Assembly (NCBI GenBank): GCA_964016885.1 | Contig: OZ024741.1 | Location: forward strand, 300,452,001 to 300,516,000 | DNA length: 64,000 nucleotides | From: Eledone cirrhosa | Taxonomy: Eukaryota | Reading direction: 5' to 3' | Shown: positions 1-12,434 of the stretch, one piece after another | Numbering within the stretch: the stretch's first letter is position 1 | Layout: every line of letters begins with the position of its first letter | Position numbers and translations under genes: made by a program | Notes under the pieces: model-generated | Database searches by the model: none | What the model was told of the DNA's origin: nothing | What the model saw: the letters and a program-made list of their open reading frames with translations, nothing else

Positions 1-350
1 TTTTGTGCTTTTGTGCACTTGGACATTTTATGCGTTTCTTTTTGCAGGAACGTATATGTATTTTTAAATGATTCTTGTTACCACTAAAAATCTTTGGTAT
101 GTATATCTACTTATTCCGTCTGATAATTTGGTTGAAACTTTTGAACCACATTAACTAAATATTTAGGCGGTTGGTGTGTGGATGTAGTTTATGCTATTTA
201 TTACTATGGCTAATAATATCTGAAAATGTTATGCTGCTATCTGACTGACTTAATTCCTTTCCCATCAATCTGTGGTGTATTTATTTTGTCTGTTTCTCCA
301 ATGTATCAACTATTTTTTGTTTAACTAATTTAACTTTTTCAATGGTTTAA
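1..350 (-). mobile_element. Decayed Penelope-like fragment (RT thumb/linker region), cut by the window start
   Basis: Minus-strand translation gives HQPPKYLVNVV and CKKKRIKC, resembling the PLE 'RQPPNL' and CxxxRCxxC linker motifs; many stops. Confidence 0.3.
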
Positions 351-421
351 AAGAAACCTATGGTGTATTGTTTCAGTACAAAAGCAGCATTCGCAAATAA
401 CAAAATAAATACTCTTTTCAG

Positions 422-900
422 ATGCCATTGATATACATATTGACATTGTATCTTCATAGCTTACTGAGCATTGATACAACCATCAGAAACAACGATCAAA
501 CTACCAAATTCAACAAATTTGAAGTCATCCAATTTGTGGCTTGTGAACAGAACATGAGTTCTGCCTGTGGGGTACAAATCATTACCAATACCAATCCATT
601 TCAGAACAAACAATAATAGTAAACTTTATGGCAACAATATAAGAGACAGCACTTCGTACCAATGAGAATAATTATAGGCAAAACGTTTTGCTTCTCACAA
701 ATGCTCTTTTGTAAAATACTGGACCTAGTTCACACATTTATATTATTTGATGATAGCTGGAAACGTTTGAATATAAATCACTATGATATAACTGAACCGA
801 TTATGTCAGATACTATTATTCACTCACTATAACGCATAACATCTTGTTACGCAGCATTTATTCGACAATCTCTTGTTCAATACAACATAAATATATAATA
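422..900 (+). pseudogene. Possible decayed GAIN-domain-like exon (adhesion-GPCR-like)
   Basis: Acceptor-like tactcttttcag ending at 421; reading through stops and frameshifts gives LLSIDTTI..., VLLLTNALL, HIYII-FDDSW and IMSDTIIHSL in GAIN-like order. Weak similarity. Confidence 0.2.
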
Positions 901-2254
901 AATATAGGTAATGGTAAAAAGTATGTAACTCCTGATGGGGTCTTAGATGCGCCGTCCTGACATGTGCTCTGTCTATGATATTTGAAACCTGAAAGATCCT
1001 ATTCTTCACGAGGGCTGAGTACAGACGATTTCTCCGGATGGGAAATGATAAAGAGATATAGGAAGAACGATTTCGATTACTGAAATGGTTATATATTTAT
1101 TGATGACGGAAGGATAACAGGCAACGTTGACAACGGTGAGATTAGAACGGAAAATGCAATGAGTTGGAGCAAATAGCGAGACATCTTTAGAACGACACCC
1201 TGACAACATCGAGATATAATATAAGTGATAAACTGAAAAGTGTTTAAGCAATCCTCGTAAACATAGATTCTTGTTTTCAAGGGAAACACTCACTCCTAGA
1301 ACTTTACAACACAGGTCTTCCTAAATATTTGGATGACCGGATTAAAGATAGAAAGGTAATTCTAACATCAGTTGTACACATTCAACATAGGCGTTGTTGT
1401 TATAAAGTCATAATAGAGCGCCATGCTTTGATTTAAAACGAGGCGAGGCTGTCCCAGATTCTGTACGTTTATGATTTAAAGAATAAAAAGAAAACGAAAT
1501 CATCCGCTGCATTCAAATTTTCCGGGACAATCGAGCTCACAATTGAATAATTCTTAGAGCAAATGGGTATATATATATCCATCAAAATGTATGTTTCCTT
1601 GTGTTTGATTGGATGATACACACGTGTTCTGGGGTCCAATAAGATTAGAAAATCGATTAAAGATATTGATCATTTTTCTCAATTCGTATTTTCTGGTATG
1701 TTTGCATGCCTCCAAATTAATATATTTATATACGTTGTTGCAATTTTGGCTGCCGACTCTGTATTTACACATATACTTCAGCTGATAGCGCACCTCCTAC
1801 CATATATATATAATAAAAAAGGACAAATGGTTACTCCTTCATTACGTTTATTGGTTGGTGACGTGCGTTTCGATATTGATCAGCTCAAGATTCGATCTGT
1901 ATCGATCTAGCCCGACTCCGTGATCAATAGCTCGTCGGACATCTGTTGTAGTAATGACAGAATATATATATATATATATATGTGGTCTTTGATTTCCTAC
2001 CTATAGTTGCTCGCACATTGCCCGGTTTGTGTTTTTCTTCGCTGCTTTGTTACTGTTTCTTTTTTCTTCCCCTTTGCTTTCCTTCCCGCCTTCCTTCGTT
2101 TTCCCAATAACTTATTCAGTTATTGACACCCTAGGGTGAAGTGGTGTCTTGTTTTAAAGCGTAGAAATATCCTAGACCGCCAGTAGACAACTGATGAGGA
2201 CACCCCTCCCCCCCCCCCCACGTTCTTGCTTTATTCGTATTCCCACTGCATTTT

Positions 2255-3138
2255 AAGTTACCTTAAATAGCAACTACATAGCGAAAAATAGGGAAACATT
2301 TCAATTGAACCGTGAATAAATGGAAAGTGAGTACTAAGTAAGTTGTATGAAGCATGCACGTCAAATAGTAGGTCAAACCTGTAAGCCAAGCCCGTCTGAG
2401 TTATAGCACAAAAGAGCGTAAACAGGGCCGATAATTTGGAGCACACTTGAAAAAAATCATCAAAATCGGACGTTCCTGAAAAAAGTTTTCTATTTTTTTT
2501 TGTCTCATATTGCTAAAAACAAAGAAAAAAAATTACAAAAAGGACAACAATAAAATATAGTCTTGAGATTCAAGTAAAACAATGCTTAAGTGTCGTTATG
2601 ACTACATTTGTTGTATAAATTCATATGTTGCTTTTGAATATTTGTTATTTGATGTAAAATGTAATGGTGTAAAATGTAATGGTGAGCGTCGTTATGACTA
2701 TGTTTGTTGTTGTATAAATTGATGTGTTTCTTAGTTTTCAAAGTTTATGTCGCGTTCTTGAATGAAGTTTTGTCGCTGTTAGAGTTGCAGAGACGATTGA
2801 GAGGGGAGTAGAGGGAGGGTTGAACCATTTAAAGAGAGTTACAGAGGAGATTGAGGGGGGGGGTAGAGGGAGGGATGAACCTTTTTAAGGAGAGTTGCAA
2901 CATGTATATAGTTTCATCGATTTTTGAGGGTAGTAGAGAGAGGGATTAAGCGTGTAAGAGAGAGGGTTACAGCATGCATTTAGTTTTATAGATTTTTTTC
3001 ATAGAAGCATGAAGTGTTTGGCAAAGCTTATTACGCGTTGACCATCGTTGGTAAATCTGGAGCGCATTGGAAACAAATCATCAAAATCGGTAGAGAAATC
3101 TGGAAATGCATAGAAATCATACACACACAGACATTCCG

Positions 3139-3143
<5 letters not shown>
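2255..3143. mobile_element. Non-autonomous repeat, possibly Helitron-like, with internal tandem repeats
   Basis: aaatcatcaaaatcgg occurs twice (~2454 and ~3074); three ~60-bp units at 2790-2970; ends in acacacacagacattccgttttt before (TA)n. Confidence 0.3.
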
Positions 3144-3206
<63 letters not shown>

Positions 3207-3209
3207 TAT

Positions 3210-3388
3210 AAGTATGTTTTTGAAACAGCGAGCGAGTTTGAAATTAGAAATAGAAGCTTTCGTCGTATTTTTTTACAACATTTTGTCCCGATAGTGAGGT
3301 TTAGAACCCTCTAAGAAATGGAAAATGATTAGTATACAGTGGGGATCTCAACCCCACTAACGGGCTAAAATTTGTTTAGTAAAAAAAT
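3210..3388 (-). mobile_element. Fold-back family T (tRNA-SINE-like), truncated copy
   Basis: Shares agtatgtttttgaaac..gcgagtttgaaattagaaat...gatagtg.ggtttagaac.ct..agaaatggaaaa with copies at 19337, 32073 and 33163; bounded by (TA)n. Confidence 0.75.
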
Positions 3389-3397
3389 ATATATAAC

Positions 3398-3589
3398 GAA
3401 GGAAGTGTGGTAAGGAACCAGATGGCCCATAACGCACCAGAGTACTCAATATTTAGGGTAGTAGAGTGGGTAATAGGAAAATGTTTAACCACGACGGCAA
3501 ATCTCAAGCCGTTCGACAGCTATTTCTGGACTCCAGAAATAGCCGCGAAAATGCTTGAGGTCTTCCGTCAGGGTTGAACAGCTTCCTAT
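3398..3589. mobile_element. Fold-back family B copy (single-copy arm plus terminal hairpin 3473-3589)
   Basis: Homologous to 43027-43191 (gaagga.tgtggtaaggaaccag...gggtagtagagtgggtaatagga); imperfect palindrome centred on ttctggactccagaa; followed by (TA)n. Confidence 0.75.
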
Positions 3590-4084
3590 ATATATATATA
3601 TAGAGAGAGAGAACGAGAGAGAGAAGTGAGAGAGAGGGGGAGGGAGGGAGAGAGAAAGAGAGAGGAAGATAAGGAGAGCAAAAGAGATACAGACACGCGT
3701 ACACACTTCAATATGTGTATGCATTACGTAAATGCATTTATATTCATAGAATGAGCAACAAACGATATATAATATCACACTTGAGATAAATTACAATAAG
3801 AAAATATAATATTATGTCATCATAATCTAGTTAGAAATGGGCTAGTAGAATCTGATCGCTTTTTGTAATCTAATCTCAAGCAAAACTGAAGAACATACGA
3901 GATACACGCCCGAAAAGTAATTTCTCTTGAAATTTAGTGACAAAAGTAATTATAAATATAATGTTAAAGAGAAATTATTTTTCCTTTTGTACTCTTATTA
4001 ACACATAATATATTCTGCCTGACTCTACGTAGTTTTCTCTCAGTTTCAGACCATAATGCACAGTAATATACGTTTAGGCGAAAA

Positions 4085-4380
4085 TGTATGGAGCTTAGTC
4101 GTTAGGGTGTACGACTCCGGATCGTAAGGTTGGGTATACAATTCTCTGTGCAGAGTTGTGTCTAACATTACGGCATCCTTTTCCAAAACATCAAGTGACC
4201 TGACTCGTCGCATACTGTATAACACTAAACAGTCCTGAGAATTATGTTAATGGTCCACGTGATTGTGTGATGCTCAGTCATTTGCACATTGATTTCACAA
4301 AATTGTCCACTTCTCAAACATCTAGAACATGCGTCGTTTGAACTGACCAACGTACAACGCTCGCTATTTCAAAAACATAT
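4085..4380 (+). mobile_element. Degenerate tRNA-derived SINE
   Basis: A-box-like gcttagtcgttag and tRNA-like head (gggtgtacgactccggatcgtaaggt); B-box degraded; ends at a TA run. Confidence 0.4.
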
Positions 4381-4429
4381 ATATATGTATATTTGCTATC
4401 ATTACTACCCACTATCGTTGCTGTCGAAT

Positions 4430-4680
4430 CGAAAGGACTGATTTATACAACGATGTTGACCTTACTATTTTGTTATAGTCACCGATTTCATTTTTTAACT
4501 GTGCATGAAGTCATGTAAACTATGTGTTAAAACCAGCAGAAAGTTTCATTCCGTTGCGCAAGCAAACTCAGTATATAGGAACTTTCATTAATGAGCGAAA
4601 TCCTCTTGCTAGAAGGAAGCTGGTGAAGTATTTTACACGTATAGTTTGTTCTTTTATGTTATTCAGCCTCGATTTTCTCC
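4430..4680 (+). pseudogene. Decayed GPS plus TM1-like segment (adhesion-GPCR-like)
   Basis: D*FIQRC resembles WxxxGC (TGA from TGG, CGA from GGA); then TMC*NQ / SFIPL resembling CxCNHxTxF; then LVKYFTRIVCSFMLFSL resembling TM1 'LxxITYIGCSxS'. Confidence 0.3.
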
Positions 4681-5855
4681 ACCGTTATCCCATTCTTAAT
4701 TCTCTACGTGAAACCTATACGCTCTATCACTTTCACTCCCCCTTTTCTTCTTACTCTCTCTCTCTCTACCTTCTCTCATCATTTCAATTAATTCGAAACA
4801 TTTTTATTTTCTACACAGACTATATATTCAAATTTCTCCAGCATTTACTGAAGTTATGGCTATGTTATGTCGAAAGTCTAGAAATAGTCTGGCTAACACG
4901 CTGTTTATAACTTAGATATGATTAAAGTCTATAAGTTGTGATTGAAATTAAACATGCATGACTGTTCTATTGTTCAACATGTTAGGCTTACCATTAATTG
5001 AAGTTTACTGAAGCATCTTCCGCGATTTCGGCATAAGAACTATCCTTTAAAATGAAATAATCTTAACTCAAAGAAATTATTTCTAATTTAGACAAAATAC
5101 TAGCAATTTTGGAATAGTAAAGTAAATTATATCGACACAGTTCTTTATAGGCACTTTAATTTATTATCCCTGAAAGGCGAATTTGACATACGCTGGATAT
5201 GAGCTCAGACCCTTAACCAAACAAAAATTGTATATCTATAATCATAAAAACGTAACAAGTCTTGTTGGCGATTATAGTTGTAAAATATCTACTTTCTCCT
5301 TTAAAGAAATGAGGTTAGTATCAACATAGGTAATATGAAATAATATACATATAGGTGGAGTGACATACGACTTTACCAATAAAAGCATTAACAATTTGGT
5401 GAAATATTCGTCACCATTAGCAACACGGATATTAATACTATAACGTTTACTAGAAATTATTTTATCTGATGTTAATGGTTCAATTCACTATAATAATGCG
5501 TACAACAGTATATATGAAGTGAAATAATAATGCACATAGTAAAAAATTCTATTCTAATAAGAATTTAAAAGAATTAACGTTTTGTGAGGAGAAACATATC
5601 TTACAATTTTTTTTTATATATATTTTCGCACTAATCCCATAAGCACAGTGCTTTTAAAAATTAACAATCGCTACGATTAAATTTCGAAGGAGTATATAAA
5701 ATAATGCACTTTGGGAAAAACCATCAATCTTGTAGTAACTGATTCAAAGATACGCCCTGAAATAAATAGCAAAGATACCGATGTATAATCACGTTGCAGC
5801 TCACTGCAATCATGCCGTATGTACGTACATATGTATGTATGTATATATATATATG

Positions 5856-5936
<81 letters not shown>

Positions 5937-5942
5937 ATATAT

Positions 5943-6328
5943 GTATTGTTATACTTTGGGAGGGTAATGTTGCCAATAAGAAACACACGTACCAGTTGCT
6001 TTCACACGAATTTATTATAAATTAAATTATAAATTTAAAAATTTATAAATTTCCGGTTGGTTAGTTGGTTCCCCAACCGGTCGATTGTTCATATATTCGT
6101 CACACATGTTGTGACCTCTTCAGTGACTGGGGATTATTTTCTTTGTTTTGTGCCTCTCCTTTGTTCTGTCCTACAATATATTAACAATCGTCTGGTTGTG
6201 GAACCAACCAACCAACCGAAAATTTATAAATTTTTAAATTTATAATTTAATTTATAATAAATTGAAGTGAAAGCACTGGTGCGTGTGTTTCTTATTGGCA
6301 ACATGGCCCTCCCAATGTATAACAATAT
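5943..6328. mobile_element. Fold-back family H copy 1: ~155-bp inverted arms around a hammerhead-bearing loop
   Basis: Arms 5943-6097 and 6175-6328 are reverse complements; terminus tattgttatact.tgggagggt is shared with 31851, 32672 (reverse complement) and 49801; (TA)n on the left. Confidence 0.85.
6090..6123 (-). ncRNA. Hammerhead ribozyme core, degenerate
   Basis: CUGAAGA-G-GUCACA-acaug-UGUGAC-GAAU: perfect 6-bp stem II, with GAAA changed to GAAU. Confidence 0.6.
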
Positions 6329-6568
6329 CGGTTTCAACACCTCCACCAAAGAACTTAAGCTACACACACTCCTCCCTACTAGCCCCATCCACCACACCCA
6401 TCACTATGACCCACCTACACCCATCCCACCCACCCCCAACACCCTCCATCCCACCCCTCCCCCATCCCCCACCCCACAACCATACACAATCCCCACCCTC
6501 CATCTCATGCCTCACCACACCCTCCATCTCATGCCTCACCACACACTCCCCTCCCCAAACCCCACCAC

Positions 6569-8713
6569 TTGAAGTCACCATACCCCCCTGACCCACCCCT
6601 CTCCGCACCTGAGCGCTCACTCCTCAGTAGAAGCCTTCGCTTCATACCCCACACTCCGGACAGCGACGAGTTCCGCACCCGAACGGAAGTCGAGCGATTC
6701 GTGCGACGCACGAAGCTACATGCACATTTTCATCAAACGCCACCAGCCCCGAACGCCCCAGACCCGTTTCTCGCCCTGGGCCGACGACCATCGTCTTGGA
6801 GGCCGGCCCCAGGGCAATTTAGCACCCTGGACGAGTTCGTCGACGCCTGCCGTAGCGCAGTAAATCGCTTCGACTTCCGCCACCGGTCCAAACAGCATAA
6901 CATCTCACGAGGCGAACTCCTCGCACTCCGCTCCCTCCGTAGCCAAGATGACATCGTCATCAAACCGGCGGACAAGGGAGGCGCCGTGGTGGTGTGGCGC
7001 GCTGACCTCTACACGGCCGAAGCCCTCCGGCAGCCCCGTAACCCCCTCTTCTACTGCCCTCTACCATCCGACCCCACACTCCTCTACCAACAACAAGTTT
7101 CCTCCACCATCCAACACCTTGTCTCCTCCTCCCTCCTCCCTCCCACCGCTTCCCACCTCATAGTCCGCACCCCCACACCCCTACTATCTACTTCCTCCCT
7201 AAACTTCACAAACCCGACATCCCCGGCCACCCTATCGTCTCCGCTTGCAACTGCCCCACCGAACTCATCTACGCCTTTCTTGACTCCATCCTCGCCCCCC
7301 TCATCACCACCCTCTTCGCCTATTCGACTACTTCACCTTCCCACCCGGCTCACAGTCCTTCCTCTTCACCCTAGATATCAAGTCGCTTTATACTGTCATC
7401 CCCCACGCTGATGGCCTATGTGCCTTCAAGCACTACCTCTACCTTCGCCCCTCCCCCATACCCTCCACCCCCACCCTCCTTCGCCTCACCGAGCTGGTCC
7501 TCGCCCTCAAATGCTTCTCCTTCTCTGGTGAGTTTTACCAACAGGTCACGGGGGTAGCCATGGGCACAAGAATGGGCCCAAACTATGCCAACCTTTTTGT
7601 TGGCCATGGTGAGCCGCAAATCTTTGCCCAGTACACCGGCCCCACGCCCGAACTGTACGCTCGTTACATCGATGACTGTATCGGAGCCACGACCCTCACC
7701 CGACAACAGCTCGAGTCCTTTCTCTCCTTCTTCTACTCCTTCCACCCCTCCCTCCACTTCACCACCTCTATCTCCACCACCCACGTCCACTTCTGAGACA
7801 TCTCCGTCGCCATCGACCCCCTCCCACCACTCCCTCGTCACCTGAGCCTTCTTCAAACCCACCGACTGCCACTCCTACCTCGACTTCACCTCCTCCCACC
7901 CTATACACACTAAACTCTCTATTCACTACTCCCAACGCCTCAGGATCTGTCGCATCTGCAGCCGAGCTGCTGACTTTGAGACCCATGCCCTTTCCCTAGT
8001 CAGCCATTTCACCCGCAGAGGTTACCCCACTCCCTCATCCACACCGCCCTCACTCGCGCCCGTGCTATCCACCGCTCCAACACCCGCACCCCACGCCACC
8101 GCACACCCACCCACCGTCTCCCCTTCCCCATCACCTACCACCCCTCCACCTACATCGCACCATCCTCCTCCACTCCCGACGCCTCCAGTCCGACTCCTCC
8201 ACATCCCACATCTTCCCATCCCCACCACTCCCCTCCTTCAAACGCGCCCGCAATCTCCGAATCCTCCTCGTCCACAGCTCCCTACCCCCCAACCCACGCT
8301 CTTCTCCCGCCCCCGTTCCATTCCCTGTTCCAGGCCTCGTTGCAGCACCTGCCCCATCATCACCAACACCACCACCTTCCACGGTCCTAACGGCCACTCT
8401 CTCTCTGTCCGGCACGCCTACCGCTGCACCTCCTCCAGCCTAGTCTATGGACTTCGCAACCTACGTCGGACAGACTGGACGTCGCCTGACGTACCGTTTC
8501 AGTGAACACCTCCGGGATATTCGTCTCGGCGGGAGTTCTCCCATCGCCCGTCACTTTGACTCCCCTGGACATTCCGCGCAGCACCTCACAGTCTGTGGCG
8601 TACTCCAATACCACGGAACACCCGCCACCCGCCTCAGGGTCGAACAACGCACCATCTTCACCCTACAGACCCACGCTCCCCCCGGCCTGAACACCCCACC
8701 CCTATTCCTTTAG
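6569..8713 (+). pseudogene. PLE RT-GIY-YIG ORF split over several frames
   Basis: ORF pieces 6569-7411, 7560-7796, 8062-8505 and 8447-8713 carry successive domain motifs. Confidence 0.9.
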
Positions 8714-9935
8714 CCTTGGGCCGCCCTGTCCCCATACCCCCTATCCCCCGATCCCATGCACACGAACACACACACCCACCCACACCCACTTACACCACCC
8801 ACTTACACAACCCACTCTACACACCCTACCACCACTGACCTCCAATAACACACCCTAATTCAACCACCAGTATACTAACAGCCACTAACACTCATCCAAA
8901 CACGCACGCACACACCAGTAGACTACACTCCCTCCACCGGCCCCCACACCTTTTCTCTCCCTCTCCCCGCTCCACCCACACCCCTTCACACACACATCGC
9001 ACTAACACCTCTACTAATACACACCTCATCCCCCCGCTAGACCCTCCTCACTCCACCTTTCACACTTACCCATCCTCTCCCCTGTCCACCGCACCTCCGC
9101 ACACACTGATACACTGACTTTCTCCACCTGCCATTCTCCTCTGCTGCTGCTATGCCTTCTCCTGCCTTGACCCTCTGACCACTTCTCCGCAAACACAGAC
9201 ACACAGTCCTCTCCATCTGTCATTCTCATCTACTCTCATCCTGCCTTGACCCTCTGACCACTTCCTGTCGAGCGCGAAATCCACATCTCCCTTCTTCCGA
9301 CTACCACAACAAATGGATTACACACTATTGGCCATCGTTCCCACTATCCACTCCATAACATGGAAAATATCCGGTTACTCTTCACACCCTCTACGGAACT
9401 ACCTTAGGAACTTACCCACGGACATACAGTCAGAATCGTTTTTCGAACCACGCCACCTACATCCACAAAACGTATAAACACGAACACACACGTGCGCACC
9501 CCCACATATATACCCACTCAGCCTCTGGAATCCTCCCCCACCCCACCCATCTGACCCCTCCCACCCACACGCACACACACACCGACCTACACCCCACCCC
9601 ACACACACACACCGTTTCCTGAACATGGAACCTCGTTCTTCTCCAACTCTCACATTCACATACACACACACACACACACACGTACACCTACACACATACA
9701 CCACCTTCAGCCCTCCCTGCTCGGACACCCCACCTCCCTCTCCCCACTCCACCCGCCACCACCCCTACACGCCCCACACCCTGCCACCACTTGTTTATCT
9801 TTATCTTCATGTTTATTTTTATTTTTATTTGTACCTCTTCCACTGATTTTACTCCCTCCCCGCCCTTTTTTTTCTAAATGCCTCTCCTCCACTCCCCCAC
9901 ACACCCTCGGAATTCTCTACCCACCCACATTTCTC

Positions 9936-9963
9936 CTGAAGTAGGGCTTATGCCCGAAACGTC
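9936..9963 (+). ncRNA. Minimal PLE-type hammerhead core with A9>U change
   Basis: CUGAAGU-A-GGGC-uuau-GCCC-GAAACGUC; palindromic ACGU stem III and GUC triplet; no stem I evident. Confidence 0.65.
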
Positions 9964-10037
9964 CCCCCTCTCTCAAGAGCCTGAAACTAATAAACCTTTG
10001 TTTGTACTGCCTCTCTGTTTTGTTCCCGTTCCATTTT

Positions 10038-10156
<119 letters not shown>

Positions 10157-10529
10157 AGAGAGAGAGAGGAAAGCCAATAATATAGATAGAATCAGATGGA
10201 AAAGCGACAGACAGAGTGTTAATCAACACCTTTGGTAAAGAGAATTGTAGATTTAGACTCTTTTCTTCGTCTTATCTTTACCTTTGTTCCATGACTTTTC
10301 AATAAATTTTGTAGATCATTTTTGGATTTTTATCGTAGAGATCGTGTGAAAGTACTGTACACTTATTTTAAGATAGCTTAGTGCGAATGTGTTCGATATT
10401 ATGGAGACAGAGATGAATCGAAGGATCTCCAAATGTAGTTATATTTAATTAGCATAATCGGTGATATACTTTCATCTTCTCGTGTATTTGTTCTTTTTTA
10501 CGGATAAGAGCCACTTTGTGTCACGGGGT

Positions 10530-11320
10530 TACAGTTGTGTTGAATCGAATGTTGTCATTACTTGTTTATATAATATAAATTCGTCCTCTGTCTAAAATTA
10601 CTTTAACATATAGCCTCATAAATCAGTCTCTTTTCATGCAGTTTCTGATACTAGTAATATTATCATTAAGTTTCCTTTCAGCTACTTATGTTTCTAGGTC
10701 AGCTAATGGTTTTTCTGGTTTCAACTTACACAATTCAATGTTGATTATTCTTTTGAACAGTTGATCCTGTTGTTATTAACGTAACATCGAATATATTATT
10801 TCGTTTTACTTAAGGTAATATCATCATATTTTGTAAGACACGCAATAAATGCGGTTGTCCTGTTTTGGTTAGTTAATATTTTATATCGTGCAACATATAC
10901 TGCTATAAGATTAGTATCATTTAAGCCGCCGTTTTGTCAAGAACGGATGGATGATAATAGCTTATAAGTAGCAACTTCCGCTTTTGATAGTGAAATGGTA
11001 ATATGGTTATTAACAATAGTACAACAGGAACAATGTGTTAGTTCATTATATTTCTCACCCTGTATACACGTGATACAATTCCGATTCTAAAATTGATCAA
11101 TAATATTTAAATCCATTAGCAATACATTATGTTCGAATATGAAAGGTTCAACAAATCTTGAGTAGTATTCTCTGGCCGAGAGATTGTATGTTCAAATGTA
11201 TTAATGATTCTCGACAGTAGTGTAGGAGAAAATGATGCATTCTGTCACGTTGCAGACGAAATTAAATATGTTATATTAAATGGAAATATGATAGATTTAA
11301 CACAGATTCTGTGTTGAAAT
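10530..11320 (-). pseudogene. Decayed GAIN-like coding segment
   Basis: Mostly one frame with scattered stops: RIINTFEHTI...LSYSNI, ITISLSKAEV, IAVYVARYKNIN, NEIIYSML, LFKRIINIEL; acceptor-like ttttttag near 11332. Confidence 0.35.
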
Positions 11321-11391
11321 ATCTACATAATGTCTAAAAAATAAGGTACTTTACTCGTAGTGTAACTTATGTAGATAAATATATGCACAGG

Positions 11392-11423
<32 letters not shown>

Positions 11424-12104
11424 GAGAGAGATCTAGCTGTCGAAGTGGCCGGAGCTCAGTCGTCGGGGTCCTGAATCTTTACACACACACACACACATAC
11501 ACACACATACACACACACATACGCACACACATATATATATATATATAGGGGGGGGGGGGTAAAGTACCAAAATCAACGGTTATAGATAAAGCTTTGAAGT
11601 TAAAAACACAGAAATATTTTTAATGCTTATTTGCTCTTTAATTTGACAGAATGATTAATTTCATAATTGTTACATTTAATGTATTTATATTTTGCTAAAT
11701 ATTACCGGTTTCTAATGGTATGTCAATTGCATCAAATATTAAATATTAATTATTAAAATGGATTATTTCGCATATTCTGTGAGCAATTTCAACATATGTG
11801 AATGTTCTGTCAAAATGTTTTCTGATATATATATGTTCTTTATGTGCGGTTGTGAAGATGGACGTGAGGTTCAACAGGTCAGGATTCAAATGAATTCACT
11901 TGGTTAAAAGAGAAAATTATTTTACTGTTCATAATAATGGTGCAGGTGACACTCTTAATATGTGTGTGTGCGTCTGTATTTAGGTTCGGTTCAATTGTGT
12001 CAAAGGTCCGTGTCAAAAGATCAGGTTATTTTCAGGTTTTGTGAAAATAGCTAAAATAACTAAGAGTTGATATAGAAGTTTTCATTTGTTTTGTGGAGTG
12101 TGTG

Positions 12105-12181
<77 letters not shown>

Positions 12182-12299
12182 CCCTTGTGTCAAGAGTTCC
12201 AGGATTATTTTCAGAGTTTGCATATAAAAGCAAAAAAAAACTATAAATACAAATATACGTATAAACATGATTGAAGTGGGTCCTTGGTTGGTACAATCG

Positions 12300-12371
12300 A
12301 TGTTTCCTGAAGGATTAGTAGAAGGGAAAAACAGATAAGGAAAGGAAAGACTGATTGACAGACAGACAGGT

Positions 12372-12434
<63 letters not shown>
